From the IMG/VR virus record IMGVR_UViG_3300009537_000010, positions 1 through 58,823 of that record: DNA of 58,823 nucleotides, one strand, 5' to 3'. Every line of letters begins with the position of its first letter. Within the stretch, counting starts at the first letter, position 1. A program made the translations under genes and the position numbers. The notes beneath the pieces are model-generated. The model searched no databases. It saw only the letters and a program-made list of their open reading frames with translations, and had not been told where the DNA came from. This DNA comes from a virus. Taxonomy: Duplodnaviria > Caudoviricetes. This document shows positions 19,387-29,276 of this stretch, one piece after another.

Positions 19387-19824
19387 ATGATTTATGTTAA
19401 AGATAGACCAAGTCTGATAAAAAGTAGAAAATCACTATCTGAATTTATAGAACATTTCATAAGAACCTCTCCTGGTACGTTTGATAAAGATGGTGAACTA
19501 CAATGTTTTCCAAGAAAAAAGAGATCATTTGGAGACACTGTGGCATTATGTAAGACTTATTTTAAGTGTACCAAAGTTGATGTGGCTAAGGTCCTTCTAG
19601 AACTTTGCTCTCAAGGTATAGCAAGAATTAGTTATTGTCCTACTATAAGAAAGAGAGTTATTTTTATTAATAATAACGCAAATTATAGTGTTCGCCATAG
19701 CAGATATGTGACAGGACTACTTAGAATGTGTGGTTACAAATATAATATTGAACATTATCACTCTTGTGTAATGATCTGTTATCAAAGTGATAATGGAAAA
19801 AGAATAATAATTTCAAATTATTGA
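19387..19824 (+). CDS. hypothetical protein, paralog of 18160-18456
   Basis: QCFPRKKRSFGDTVALCKTYF...YCPTI. Confidence 0.6.
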   Translation: MIYVKDRPSLIKSRKSLSEFIEHFIRTSPGTFDKDGELQCFPRKKRSFGDTVALCKTYFKCTKVDVAKVLLELCSQGIARISYCPTIRKRVIFINNNANYSVRHSRYVTGLLRMCGYKYNIEHYHSCVMICYQSDNGKRIIISNY

Positions 19825-20669
19825 CGAAAAATGAAGTAGGAGAACAAGCGTTAGATTCACTAGAGAATCTTGAAGGTATTCTTGATATGGCCCCCAGAAC
19901 CGGAAAGACAAAGATAGCTATTGAAGCCATCCGACATTTTCCAGGTAAAGTACTTGTAACTTATCCTTATAATGTTATTGGTGAGGTATGGAGAGAGGAG
20001 CTACAAAAATGGAATGGCCCTTCTTTAACTCTGGCAAATCAACGAAACATACCAGATGAAGAATTTGACTTGATTATTTGTGATGAAATCCATAGTTTAA
20101 GTGAGGCTCAAATAAATAGACTTAAAGGTAGTAAGATCCTCGGTTTAACTGGATCATTGTCAGAAGAAACAGCTAAAATACTTAAACAAAAACTTGGACT
20201 TGACGTAAAGTATACCTACACAATAGATCAGGCAATCATAGATGGTATTATATCTAATTATCAGATCACAGTATTTTTTCTCCCACTGGATACTAAGGAA
20301 AAATATGTAGAAGCTGGTACTAAGAAAAAACCGTTCTTAACAACAGAACGTGTCAATTATGAGTATTTAACTAAACAATTCAATCGTTTTAAATACTTAT
20401 CTTGGCAAGATCCAACATTAGCAAATGTAAAAATGTCTTTTGCTGGTAAGAGAGCAAGAGGTATCTATTCTTATAAAAGCAAATTAGAAGCAGTTAAATC
20501 CTTCCTAAGAACTCTTGATGAAAGGTATATGATTTTCACTGTATTAAATAATATTGCTAATGAATTATCAGAACATAGATATCACTCTAAATCAGAAGGA
20601 GACGAGCTGGATAAATTTATAAATGGTGAATTTCCCAGTATTTCAGTATGTAATATGGTATCAATGGGT
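19821..20669 (+). CDS. superfamily 2 DExH helicase, exon 1
   Basis: Walker A APRTGKT, DEIH, motif III LTGS; homology breaks after ...NMVSMG in motif V. Confidence 0.85.
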
Positions 20670-20719
20670 AGACTTAAATGCCCCTTTAATTAATAATAAT
20701 TTTAGCAAACACAGAATCC

Positions 20720-21097
20720 ATGGAATTTAAAAGCGTAGAGGAGATTTTATCCCTAGACCTGGAGGAGGATGACGCACTCATTGGTCCTTTTTCGGTAGGC
20801 GACAAAAATAGTTATACTCTTGAGGTCATGCATCCGGGTTGGAACTGTCAACTGGTAGTACTTGATGCAGTAGATGCTTTTCTTCGAAGAAACCTAAATG
20901 TAGACATGCAAGAGTTCAAAGAAGTAGTATCTAGAATTATGAGACCTTGTGTCTTTATACATTTGACTGATCCAGATATAATGGATCTTATAGAGCAACA
21001 TTTTGAAGTACTATACTGTAACGAAATAGTTGCCAGAAATGGTCATATTCAATATCATATACTGTTTAAAAATCCTCGCTACATACCATGGGGTTGA
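20720..21097 (+). CDS. intron cargo ORF1, unknown function
   Basis: 125-aa ORF between P1 and P4; no HNH, GIY-YIG or LAGLIDADG motif seen. Confidence 0.7.
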   Translation: MEFKSVEEILSLDLEEDDALIGPFSVGDKNSYTLEVMHPGWNCQLVVLDAVDAFLRRNLNVDMQEFKEVVSRIMRPCVFIHLTDPDIMDLIEQHFEVLYCNEIVARNGHIQYHILFKNPRYIPWG

Positions 21098-21124
21098 AAA
21101 GCTAACGGAGAAACTCTTTTTAAT

Positions 21125-21490
21125 ATGAAAACAATAGAATCGGAATTAGAGAAATATATTGAGAAGACAACTGCCGTCGCGTCACTTGATTTTACTGATG
21201 CAATCTATATTAAATCTCCAAGAGATCATAGAAAGAGAAAACAATGGACTCAAGTCCATGAAATACAGTGGATGATAAATGGAGATTACTGGATAGTAAA
21301 AACCAATCGTTTTGGTTGGGAAATGCTATCTGATTGTATTATAAAACAAAACGCGCGAGAGACTGACAATGTGCAACCTAATCTAAAAGAGATTCTTGAT
21401 TATTGCAAGAGACACCATTTAAAATGTGTGGAAGAATTTGATCAAAAATGTTGGTCAGAAGTAATTAAGATTTATCTAAGGAAAGGTTGA
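21125..21490 (+). CDS. intron cargo ORF2, overlapping the ribozyme core
   Basis: 121-aa open frame covering P4', P6, P7 5' strand and P8; stop TGA lies at the end of P8'. Confidence 0.6.
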   Translation: MKTIESELEKYIEKTTAVASLDFTDAIYIKSPRDHRKRKQWTQVHEIQWMINGDYWIVKTNRFGWEMLSDCIIKQNARETDNVQPNLKEILDYCKRHHLKCVEEFDQKCWSEVIKIYLRKG

Positions 21491-21519
21491 AGATACAGTC
21501 CAAATTACAAATATAAACG

Positions 21520-22071
21520 ATGAAAAATTTTAATAGAAGATTGACTTATTCTGCATATAATGATAAAGAGAAGGTACTTGACATAGATCATGAGATGTGT
21601 TTTGGTGATCTTAGAAGATTAACTCACAAATATACACATATCAAGATTAAGTTGTTTAGAAGATCTAAGAAATTTGAGGAGATAGTAAACAAAATTCATC
21701 CTATCACTATTGATGACGATTTTCTACAATTTGAAACTCTTGGTTATAAGAAAGATTTAATGTTTCTTACACTTCTGAGACCGTTGTGTGAAAGATATTG
21801 CATAGGTGACTCAGAAAATCATATTGGAGATTGTGAAAAGATCTTGAAGTCGTTTGAAGAGAATGTCTCCGAATACGAAGATCCAATGAGTCAATACTGT
21901 GATTTAGTCGAGAAATGTCATATACCATTAATGGCAGGAGGTTTTGGATATTATAAGTCTCATTATCTTGGTGCAACTAAAGACTTACAGATAAAAACAT
22001 TGGAAGACTTTAAAAGTTATGTACCTGGTCAAGTATCATGGGTCAATAAATTCTTCACTACTAAATTGTAA
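21520..22071 (+). CDS. intron cargo ORF3 in the P9 loop
   Basis: 183-aa ORF enclosed by ttacaa (21505)/ttgtaa (22066); weak resemblance to 28722-29276 and 29895-30416. Confidence 0.7.
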   Translation: MKNFNRRLTYSAYNDKEKVLDIDHEMCFGDLRRLTHKYTHIKIKLFRRSKKFEEIVNKIHPITIDDDFLQFETLGYKKDLMFLTLLRPLCERYCIGDSENHIGDCEKILKSFEENVSEYEDPMSQYCDLVEKCHIPLMAGGFGYYKSHYLGATKDLQIKTLEDFKSYVPGQVSWVNKFFTTKL

Positions 22072-22079
22072 ACAAAAAG

Positions 22080-22304
22080 GTTACGATACCAGATTTAAAA
22101 ATAGGTGTTTTTCATCAACTTCAATCATCTGAAGAGTTGGCAATCCAAAAGTCATTAAGATTTATGAATCTTGACGAAAATAAAATTGCTCAGCTCTATA
22201 TATTTGCGTATGCGAATACAGTTGACCAGGAGTGGGTTGAGAAAGCCATAAAACCATTTAAAAATATTACTTATGCTTATTGGGATCAACCAACTATGCA
22301 ATAA
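22080..22304 (+). CDS. superfamily 2 helicase, exon 2 (absent from the ORF track)
   Basis: VTIPDLKIGVFHQLQSSEELAIQKSLR...YANTVDQEWV supplies the rest of motif V and motif VI; spliced product 357 aa. Confidence 0.85.
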   Translation, partial: VTIPDLKIGVFHQLQSSEELAIQKSLRFMNLDENKIAQLYIFAYANTVDQEWVEKAIKPFKNITYAYWDQPTMQ

Positions 22305-22896
22305 AACAAATAATTACAATGATCTGTTCTCCAAATACGGAGATGTTGTAAATGCTGGATTAAGATTTAATCCAGATATAGAGTTTTTAGTTTTAACAGG
22401 AGGAGCAGATGTAGATCCAGCTAGATATGGTGCAAAAAGAGAGAAACAGACTAGTGATCCTGACCCTTGGAAAGAGAAATTTGATACAGAGCTATTACCT
22501 CTTTACATTGAAAAGGGTATACCTATAGCAGGTATCTGCAGGGGACATCAGACGTTAGCAGTCAACCAAGGTATGTCATTAACTCAACATGTACACCACA
22601 CATGGATGAATGTAATACTATTTGATGGTTACTATCATGTAGTTAACTCTTATCATCATCAGGTAGTTACTGAAGCAAATGAAAATGCTGAAGTTGCTGC
22701 CATAGATACTACATTTGGTACAATTGAAGCGTTAAGATATACTAATATAAATGCTATATCTGTACAATGGCATCCTGAATTACTTTACGAAGACTGTGAA
22801 GTAACCAAAAAACTCCTATCAGAAATTGGAATTAAAGAACCAGTTAAAAAACTTAGGAATAGAAAAAATAGATTCAGTTCTATTATACCTTTTTAG
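22273..22896 (+). CDS. class I glutamine amidotransferase-like / peptidase C26 family
   Basis: LTGGADVDP, GICRGHQ, VNSYHHQ, VQWHPE. Confidence 0.9.
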   Translation: MLIGINQLCNKTNNYNDLFSKYGDVVNAGLRFNPDIEFLVLTGGADVDPARYGAKREKQTSDPDPWKEKFDTELLPLYIEKGIPIAGICRGHQTLAVNQGMSLTQHVHHTWMNVILFDGYYHVVNSYHHQVVTEANENAEVAAIDTTFGTIEALRYTNINAISVQWHPELLYEDCEVTKKLLSEIGIKEPVKKLRNRKNRFSSIIPF

Positions 22897-23350
22897 TCTG
22901 CAATATGATATTAATATTGAGTTAGATATTTCCAAAGAGGATATGGCTCTTATTAAAAAACATAAGCTAGCAAAAAGGAATTATAAGAACGGTAGCTATG
23001 ATACAATTCTTGGGAAAGGTGAAAGGACGAGTACTCTACTTAAAGTTGTAGAAGAGAGAGTAGACGAGTATCGTCTTTTATTCAAAAATACTGGTATTCC
23101 TGGTAAAATGGGTGATAGGAATGCTTGTATCAAGAAATTAGTAAAGTTCTTGGAAATACGTCCTCAGATAACGATGGATGAAGTAATTGAGGTAGCAAGG
23201 TATTATTGTCAAAACTATAAACAGATAACAAATTATCTACAACAAGCAGATTATTTTATAGAAAAGAATGGACAATCAAGACTTGCTGCTTTGTATGATG
23301 AGAGACCTCAACATGTAGAGTCTAATGAGTATGGAGGTAATTTAGTTTGA
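22826..23350 (+). CDS. hypothetical protein upstream of DnaB, possible replication initiator/helicase loader
   Basis: 174-aa ORF coupled to the helicase; function inferred from position only. Confidence 0.45.
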   Translation: MELKNQLKNLGIEKIDSVLLYLFSLQYDINIELDISKEDMALIKKHKLAKRNYKNGSYDTILGKGERTSTLLKVVEERVDEYRLLFKNTGIPGKMGDRNACIKKLVKFLEIRPQITMDEVIEVARYYCQNYKQITNYLQQADYFIEKNGQSRLAALYDERPQHVESNEYGGNLV

Positions 23351-24252
23351 AGACAGTAGACATTGCAATTCAGGAAGAATTAGACTATATAAGAGGTAGA
23401 AAGACTGGAGAGATAACATCTGTAAAGTGCCAATATCCAGCCATCAATAGTGTGTATATGGACGGATTTGAATGGGGCTGGATAGTTACTATTGGAGGAA
23501 TGTCTGGTAGTGGAAAGACTTCGTTTATGAACAGTCTTGAAGAAGGAATTTGTGGGTTGAATGAGAATGTTTCTGTTCTATCGTTTAACTTTGAGATGTT
23601 AGCTCGAAGATTGATTGGTAGAAAAATCTCGTCTATAACTAATCTTTCTGTTAAACAGTTGTACAGTGCAGATGGAGTTCTTTCAGATGACCAATGGGAG
23701 CATATTACCAAAGAAGTCACGCCTATGTTAGGCAAACATGATGTCACATATACAGAGTACAGACAGACTGTACCAGAAATGATAGACACAGTCAAGAGAT
23801 TTCTTGATAAAAAAGCTCCCAATGGTGTTATTGTAGAAGTAGATCACTCATTATTAGTAAAGAGACTAAGGAATGCAAATGAAAGAGATACGCTAATAGA
23901 TCTTACTTCAGAGTTCAATGATCTGAAGAAACAGTACCCAAAGTTATTGTTCTTTATAGTTAGTCAACTAAATAGGGATATAGAAGAAGACAACAGGATA
24001 ATCAATCCGAATCTTCATTTCCCAAGAAAGAAAGATCTCTTTGGATCAGATTCTATTTTTCAAATCTGTGATGGTGTAATGATTCTACATAGACCAGAAA
24101 TGCTTGGTATTACCTATTATGGAGCAAAGCAATGGCCAGTTAAAGATCTGGTATACCTACATCACTTAAAAGTAAGAGATGGAGAGCCTGTTATTAATAG
24201 GTTCAAAAACGATCTAAAACATAACAAGCTTTTATGGCAAAAGGAATCTTAG
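23347..24252 (+). CDS. dnaB: DnaB-like replicative helicase
   Basis: GGMSGSGKT, FNFEM, VDH, SQLNR, DLFGSDSIFQICD, KVRDG. Confidence 0.9.
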   Translation: MKTVDIAIQEELDYIRGRKTGEITSVKCQYPAINSVYMDGFEWGWIVTIGGMSGSGKTSFMNSLEEGICGLNENVSVLSFNFEMLARRLIGRKISSITNLSVKQLYSADGVLSDDQWEHITKEVTPMLGKHDVTYTEYRQTVPEMIDTVKRFLDKKAPNGVIVEVDHSLLVKRLRNANERDTLIDLTSEFNDLKKQYPKLLFFIVSQLNRDIEEDNRIINPNLHFPRKKDLFGSDSIFQICDGVMILHRPEMLGITYYGAKQWPVKDLVYLHHLKVRDGEPVINRFKNDLKHNKLLWQKES

Positions 24253-24923
24253 TCCTTGGAGAAAGTGGTTTAGGAAAATCCACATCTATTGGAAATATTC
24301 CAGAGATAGGAATTCAAGGACTTCCACCAAAAGAAACAGTTATTATTAATCCGAGAGGTAAAATACTACCTTTCAGATCTAAGGGATACACAAAATTTGA
24401 TAAAGATCATCTTACTGGAAATCATTTAACTACTCTAGATGCAGGTGAAATAATTAATGCACTGAGATATGTGAATGAAAACAGACCAGAGATCAAATAT
24501 GTGGTATTCGACGATGCTCAATATATAATGGCAAGCTATTTCATGGAAAATGCTTTAGTTAAAGGTGAAAAAGTTTATACAATGTTTAGAACTTTAGCTA
24601 AAGATATGTATGACTTGCTAAATATAGGTCTTGGTATGAGAGATGATATTGTATTTATTACAATGAGTCATTCAGAAGAGACCAGAGATGGATTTAAGAT
24701 GAAAACTATCGGAAAGATGTTCGATCAATATTGTACTCCCGAAGGTATGTTTTCTATAGTTCTATACACTTTGGTGAAAACTGAAGGTAAAAAGGTAGAA
24801 CATTTTTTCCTGACAAACAACGATGGAGTGCATCCTGCCAAATCTCCATCTGGTATGTTTCCAGGATTACACATTCCTAATGATATGAGTGTGGTTATTA
24901 AATATCTAAATGAATATGTCTAA
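24234..24923 (+). CDS. AAA_24-like P-loop ATPase
   Basis: GESGLGKSTS, VVFDDAQY, KTIGKM, PEGMF, AKSP.GMF. Confidence 0.85.
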   Translation: MAKGILVLGESGLGKSTSIGNIPEIGIQGLPPKETVIINPRGKILPFRSKGYTKFDKDHLTGNHLTTLDAGEIINALRYVNENRPEIKYVVFDDAQYIMASYFMENALVKGEKVYTMFRTLAKDMYDLLNIGLGMRDDIVFITMSHSEETRDGFKMKTIGKMFDQYCTPEGMFSIVLYTLVKTEGKKVEHFFLTNNDGVHPAKSPSGMFPGLHIPNDMSVVIKYLNEYV

Positions 24924-25761
24924 CGATATGTTTGGAGGATCTCAGAAGCAAATTGGATTTACTAAGTACACAGGTCTAGCACCTTTTAAAGTTGTAATGG
25001 TAAATCCTACAGAGGATGAATGGAAAGCATATACTGACCGAGATGCTCCATATGAATTCAATTACGACTTCTCAGAGAATCCTAATACAGAACGGCAAGA
25101 AAGGCCAGTAATATTTTGGGTTGAATATGAAGGAAATGTTTATCCTCTTCGTATCAATATCGCTGAAGATATTGTAACAACGAAAGATGAAGATAAATTT
25201 AAATTCATCAACCGATTAGGTCAAGTCTCTTATTTTGCAGCAAATGCAGATGAACTCATTCAAAATGAGAACATCTCCAAATGGTTTAATAAGGAGAACT
25301 TGAGAAAAGTTAGGATTGGAGAAGAAGCAATTCATATGTTTCTGCAAAGACTCATATGTTATAGTTCTGCTGATACCAATGCTAACTGGATGAGTGATAT
25401 TGAGAATAACGCTGGATTCACTTTTGAGTCTCTATTGAAAGGAGATTTAACTGGTATTCGTAATATTCTCAATTATGCAAATAGTAAGGAGAACAGAATT
25501 GGTCTTCTTTTCTGTGTGAAACATCAGGAAGAGAAAGATGCTTATTGGCAAGAAATTTGTTCTAATCCTGAAACCTTCTCATTTATTTCTATTGACAGTG
25601 GTACATTGCCAGAAACGGCATATACTCGTCTTGAGAAATTAGATCAGAAATATCAAGAACAAGGACGAAAACTTACCAACAGACTGTACACTGTACGTCT
25701 GCAGAAGTTCAATCCTAATGATTTTGTAGAAGCGACAGCAGAAGCCAAGTCAGCTTGGTAA
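24910..25761 (+). CDS. probable single-stranded DNA-binding/recombination protein
   Basis: follows the AAA ATPase; KYTGLAPFKVVMVNPT start and aromatic C-terminus; call is partly positional. Confidence 0.45.
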   Translation: MNMSNDMFGGSQKQIGFTKYTGLAPFKVVMVNPTEDEWKAYTDRDAPYEFNYDFSENPNTERQERPVIFWVEYEGNVYPLRINIAEDIVTTKDEDKFKFINRLGQVSYFAANADELIQNENISKWFNKENLRKVRIGEEAIHMFLQRLICYSSADTNANWMSDIENNAGFTFESLLKGDLTGIRNILNYANSKENRIGLLFCVKHQEEKDAYWQEICSNPETFSFISIDSGTLPETAYTRLEKLDQKYQEQGRKLTNRLYTVRLQKFNPNDFVEATAEAKSAW

Positions 25762-25768
25762 CATCAAG

Positions 25769-25796
25769 GAGAGGGGAGAGATCCCCTCTCTTTTTT
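25769..25796 (+). terminator. intrinsic terminator
   Basis: gagagggga-gaga-tcccctctc followed by T6. Confidence 0.85.
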
Positions 25797-26127
25797 ATTT
25801 AATGAGAGTAAAATATAGTATTAAGATGAGTTACTTTGATCTTATTCTCGGTTTATTAGGATTATACGAAGTCCTTGCTGTATTTATATATGCAGGAGCT
25901 ATACAAAATCAAAAATAGATGATAAAATTTACAAAAGACTCAAGCGGGTTAACAGATACGCAATCATATATGTACTCTGATAAAGTTAGTCCTTGTCCTT
26001 TAATTAAAGTTCAAGATGCAGACATTACAGACGACAGATGGAAATCCATATCTGATAAAGAATTCTATGACTTTTTTTGTAAGGATTTCCATAAACAGGG
26101 TATTACCACTTTAGAAGAAGAATAAAT

Positions 26128-27083
26128 ATGACAGACAGCGAAAAACTTAGAATGCTTGCAGATTGGTTCGACAATTATGACGCACGATATGCAAACGAAA
26201 GAAAAGACCTTAGACACGATCAAGACGAAGTACAGGCCGACCTTCGCCGCATTGCGGATGAGCTGGAGCAATCCAAAGACCTACAAGAATACTGGAAGGC
26301 ACTCGCACTCGCGGCTGAGCCATTATTAGAACTAAATGGTACATTTTCAATGCAAACAGATGAAGATAAAGAGAAGATACTTAAGTGGAGAGAGATAAAA
26401 AAAGCAGAACCGAAATGAAAGACAGCGAAAAAGCGGATAACCTTGAAGTGAGTGACGACGAGATAGAGGTCTGGAAATATCCCGAAGCCAAAGACAAAAA
26501 TAAGACATGGTTTTGGCACTTCTATCTGGACGGTAGTTACGGTGGCGCGGAAAGGACTAGAAAAAAAGCCATATCTGCTGTATTATATTACTGGAAACAT
26601 TCAAAAACAAGCATAATGACAGACAGCGAGAAACTTAGAAGGCTTGCTTCTCTGATTGATTTTATTGAGCAACACATGGATGAAGTGCAAAATGATCATA
26701 GTTTAGGGCGGAGGGTTAAGTATATTAGTCAGACAATAATGTCCGAGATTTGGAAGCATAAAGACCTACGGCGCATAGCGGATAACCTTGAGGCTACTCA
26801 ACCATTAATAGAGCGACAGGAGAAGGCATTTGAAACTTTCAAAAAGGTTTGTGAGACACCAATGCCTGACACAGAATATGATTACGCTATGATAAAAATG
26901 ATGGCTTTTCTTGCGGGAAGGGTATTTGAGTTCGAGAAGCGTACGGACAACCTTGAGGTGAGCGACGAGGAGATTAAGCGTGCTGCCCCAACCTGTCCAG
27001 ACGTAGGACTTGAAGATATTTTAGCACACAACTGGTTTACAGCTGGTGCAGGATGGATGCGCGACAAAATGCAAGGTAGATGA
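26128..27083 (+). repeat. two ORFs (26128-26418, 26415-27083) built from repeated modules
   Basis: atgacagacagcga(a/g)aaacttaga at 26128 and 26617; M(T/K)DSEK x3, DLRRIAD x2, DNLEVSD(D/E)EI x2; GC-richer than flanks. Confidence 0.75.
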
Positions 27084-27086
27084 GAA

Positions 27087-27824
27087 ATGGCAAAAGAAAA
27101 TCACAAAGCTAAAAAAATGAAAAAATATTTTATTTTAAATGACAAGGGTAAATACTATGTTTCAGAAGGACAAGCCAGTTATGACATTGATAAGGCTTTA
27201 AGATTTGAAACATTGGAAGAAATAGTAACAACTGTCCCTATAATGAAAGATTGGAATTGGGATTATGCTGTATACGAAGTTCTGGATGGTAAAACTAAAA
27301 AAATTGATGATAGAGTTTGGACGGATATACACTACAAATGGAAAGACGAGAATCCAAAAGAATATGAAAAACTTTATAGTGCTTCAGGCTTTTCAAACTT
27401 CATTAGGATTACTACCCCAATAGAAAAATGAAAAAAATATTTAGTAACAATAGAGTTTAGATACGGATTCAGAGCTGTTAATGGCGATTATATATATCGT
27501 AGTGAGGAAGTTACCATAGGTGTGTTTGATGATTTTGATAACGCTTGCTTAGAAGGTAATAAGTTACTGGAAAACCTTGAAAGCAAATTTCCTTTACATG
27601 TATTCCCTAACGGAAAAGGTGTTGCTAAAAAAGAAAGGTTTAGTAAGAATGGTGGATGCTTTGGTTCAAAGCTGACTCTAATTACAGACCTAGCTTATCT
27701 TAAAACCCCTTTTACATTTTATGCTAAAATCACTACTCTAAACTACGAAGATATTAACAGCATAATTGATGGGATTCAAGCAGAAATACGTGAGTCAAGT
27801 GAAGATATAACAGAATATTCTTGA
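27087..27824 (+). other. two hypothetical ORFs (27087-27431, about 27428-27824)
   Basis: ORF track; the second may be frameshifted in the A-run after ATG 27428. Confidence 0.45.
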
Positions 27825-27846
27825 GTATCAAAAACACAGAACCAAA

Positions 27847-28725
27847 ATGATAGGAGGAGCAGGTTTTAATCTGAAACATAAAATAAAAGAGTGTGATCAG
27901 GCAGCTTTATTTAAGAAGTATTTTGAAGTAGATCCTGATTTAGGAAGACGATACTTTTCTATATTTCGTGAGGACAATCATGGTGACTGTAGATTTGAGA
28001 TGATTGATGGTGTGCTCTTTTTTGTCGACAATGCTGGTTACAATGGAAAGATTTACTTCAATATTTATAGCGCTCTAAAGGAAATAGGTTTATCTCACTC
28101 TGATATATTGAAACTCCTCTCTAAGAAGGGTGTAACAGATATACCAGAATCTGAAGGTAAAAGAGCAGAGATTGAGATAGGTGCTATTCCATGGGAGAAA
28201 GGTAATCGCTTTGAAGTTTATGGCTTAGATGCGGATTTTCTTAACAATGATCCTCATACATTTGATGTGTTAGCTTTCTCCATTAATGGCAGGTTGATTA
28301 ATCAAAGAGCTACAGGATATGTTTGCAATAATCATGTGAAGTTAAGAACTATAGATCATCATATCAACAACTTTGAAGTTGATGATATAATGAATGTAGG
28401 TTATCTTGATAGATTTTCAAAAGATATTATAGGAATCATAAAGGCAAAAAAGGATGCACTTGTTGTTGAAAAACATTTGAACATCCCAAGCCTTATCATT
28501 TACAATGAGAGAGTAATACTTCCTGATTGGGCCATCGACATAGCGAAGACTTATAATGATGTTTTTGTGTTCATGGATAACGATAAAACAGGAAGAGAGT
28601 CAGCAGCACAATATAGAAAGCGTTATGGATTTCGTAGTGTGTTTACTGAGGAAAAGCACATAACTGACTTGATAGATAAGAAAGGTTTAGATTACGGAAT
28701 TGAAACATTAAAAAATATAATATGA
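27847..28725 (+). CDS. DNA primase (TOPRIM)
   Basis: S.FRED..GDC N-terminal motif, KAKKDAL, FMDNDKTG, KHITD. Confidence 0.8.
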   Translation: MIGGAGFNLKHKIKECDQAALFKKYFEVDPDLGRRYFSIFREDNHGDCRFEMIDGVLFFVDNAGYNGKIYFNIYSALKEIGLSHSDILKLLSKKGVTDIPESEGKRAEIEIGAIPWEKGNRFEVYGLDADFLNNDPHTFDVLAFSINGRLINQRATGYVCNNHVKLRTIDHHINNFEVDDIMNVGYLDRFSKDIIGIIKAKKDALVVEKHLNIPSLIIYNERVILPDWAIDIAKTYNDVFVFMDNDKTGRESAAQYRKRYGFRSVFTEEKHITDLIDKKGLDYGIETLKNII

Positions 28726-29276
28726 TAAAGCTATTTCACAACAACATCGTTGACCATGAGGAACAGCTAGATGGGTGTCTGGCAATTGCTAAGTTTGGTG
28801 GAGATCCTATCACCAAAATAGAGATTGCTCTTGCAGGAAGAGACAGGCTGACTGTGGATGAAATCAAGAAGTTCTTCTATTTACTGAAGAGTAAACTTGA
28901 GTTTTATGGGACCTTTAAATGCGTTGTTAAAGGTAGAAATATAGTTATAACCTGGACATATCGTAAAGGAATCAACTACGGAACAAGACTTTACTACCTT
29001 CTTTCAATGATGAGAACTGTTTGGTTACATCCAGAAGTAGTTAAATCTTTTTTAAAATTATGCAAGGTAATGGATGCACAAGCAGCATTCGTTATGGCTT
29101 GTATGAAACATGGTGCTTTTGGAGATGGGAAGGACATCATACCTGATTTGGTTGATATGATTCCTTTGTTTACAGACGTAGAGGTAGACTCTGGTAATGA
29201 TCTTTGGAATTACATGGATGAAGTAGATGATGCGGAATTTCTAGACACTATTGTTAATGAACTCTGTAAAGGATAA
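28722..29276 (+). CDS. hypothetical protein
   Basis: 184 aa; RLYYLLSMMR motif shared with 29895-30416 (RLYFILCLAR). Confidence 0.6.
   Translation: MIKLFHNNIVDHEEQLDGCLAIAKFGGDPITKIEIALAGRDRLTVDEIKKFFYLLKSKLEFYGTFKCVVKGRNIVITWTYRKGINYGTRLYYLLSMMRTVWLHPEVVKSFLKLCKVMDAQAAFVMACMKHGAFGDGKDIIPDLVDMIPLFTDVEVDSGNDLWNYMDEVDDAEFLDTIVNELCKG

Larger units (their letters stand above)
20670..22079 (+). mobile_element. group I intron (1410 nt) in the helicase gene carrying three ORFs
   Basis: 5' exon ends in U paired U-G in P1 (gggt/gccc); P4 acgg/ccgt; P6 cgcgt/acgcg; P7 gactg 21361/cagtc 21496; P8 caacct/aggttg; J8/7 gaagata; terminal G 22079; excision restores the reading frame. Confidence 0.85.

Noticed and set aside
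19821-20693. Helicase as a truncated pseudogene, or interrupted by an intein or frameshift
   Set aside because: The missing C-terminus is present at 22080-22304, and the gap contains stop codons and group I RNA elements rather than an in-frame intein
26128-27083. CRISPR array or diversity-generating retroelement repeats
   Set aside because: Repeats are irregularly spaced and in-frame coding, differences are not adenine-specific, and no reverse transcriptase is present
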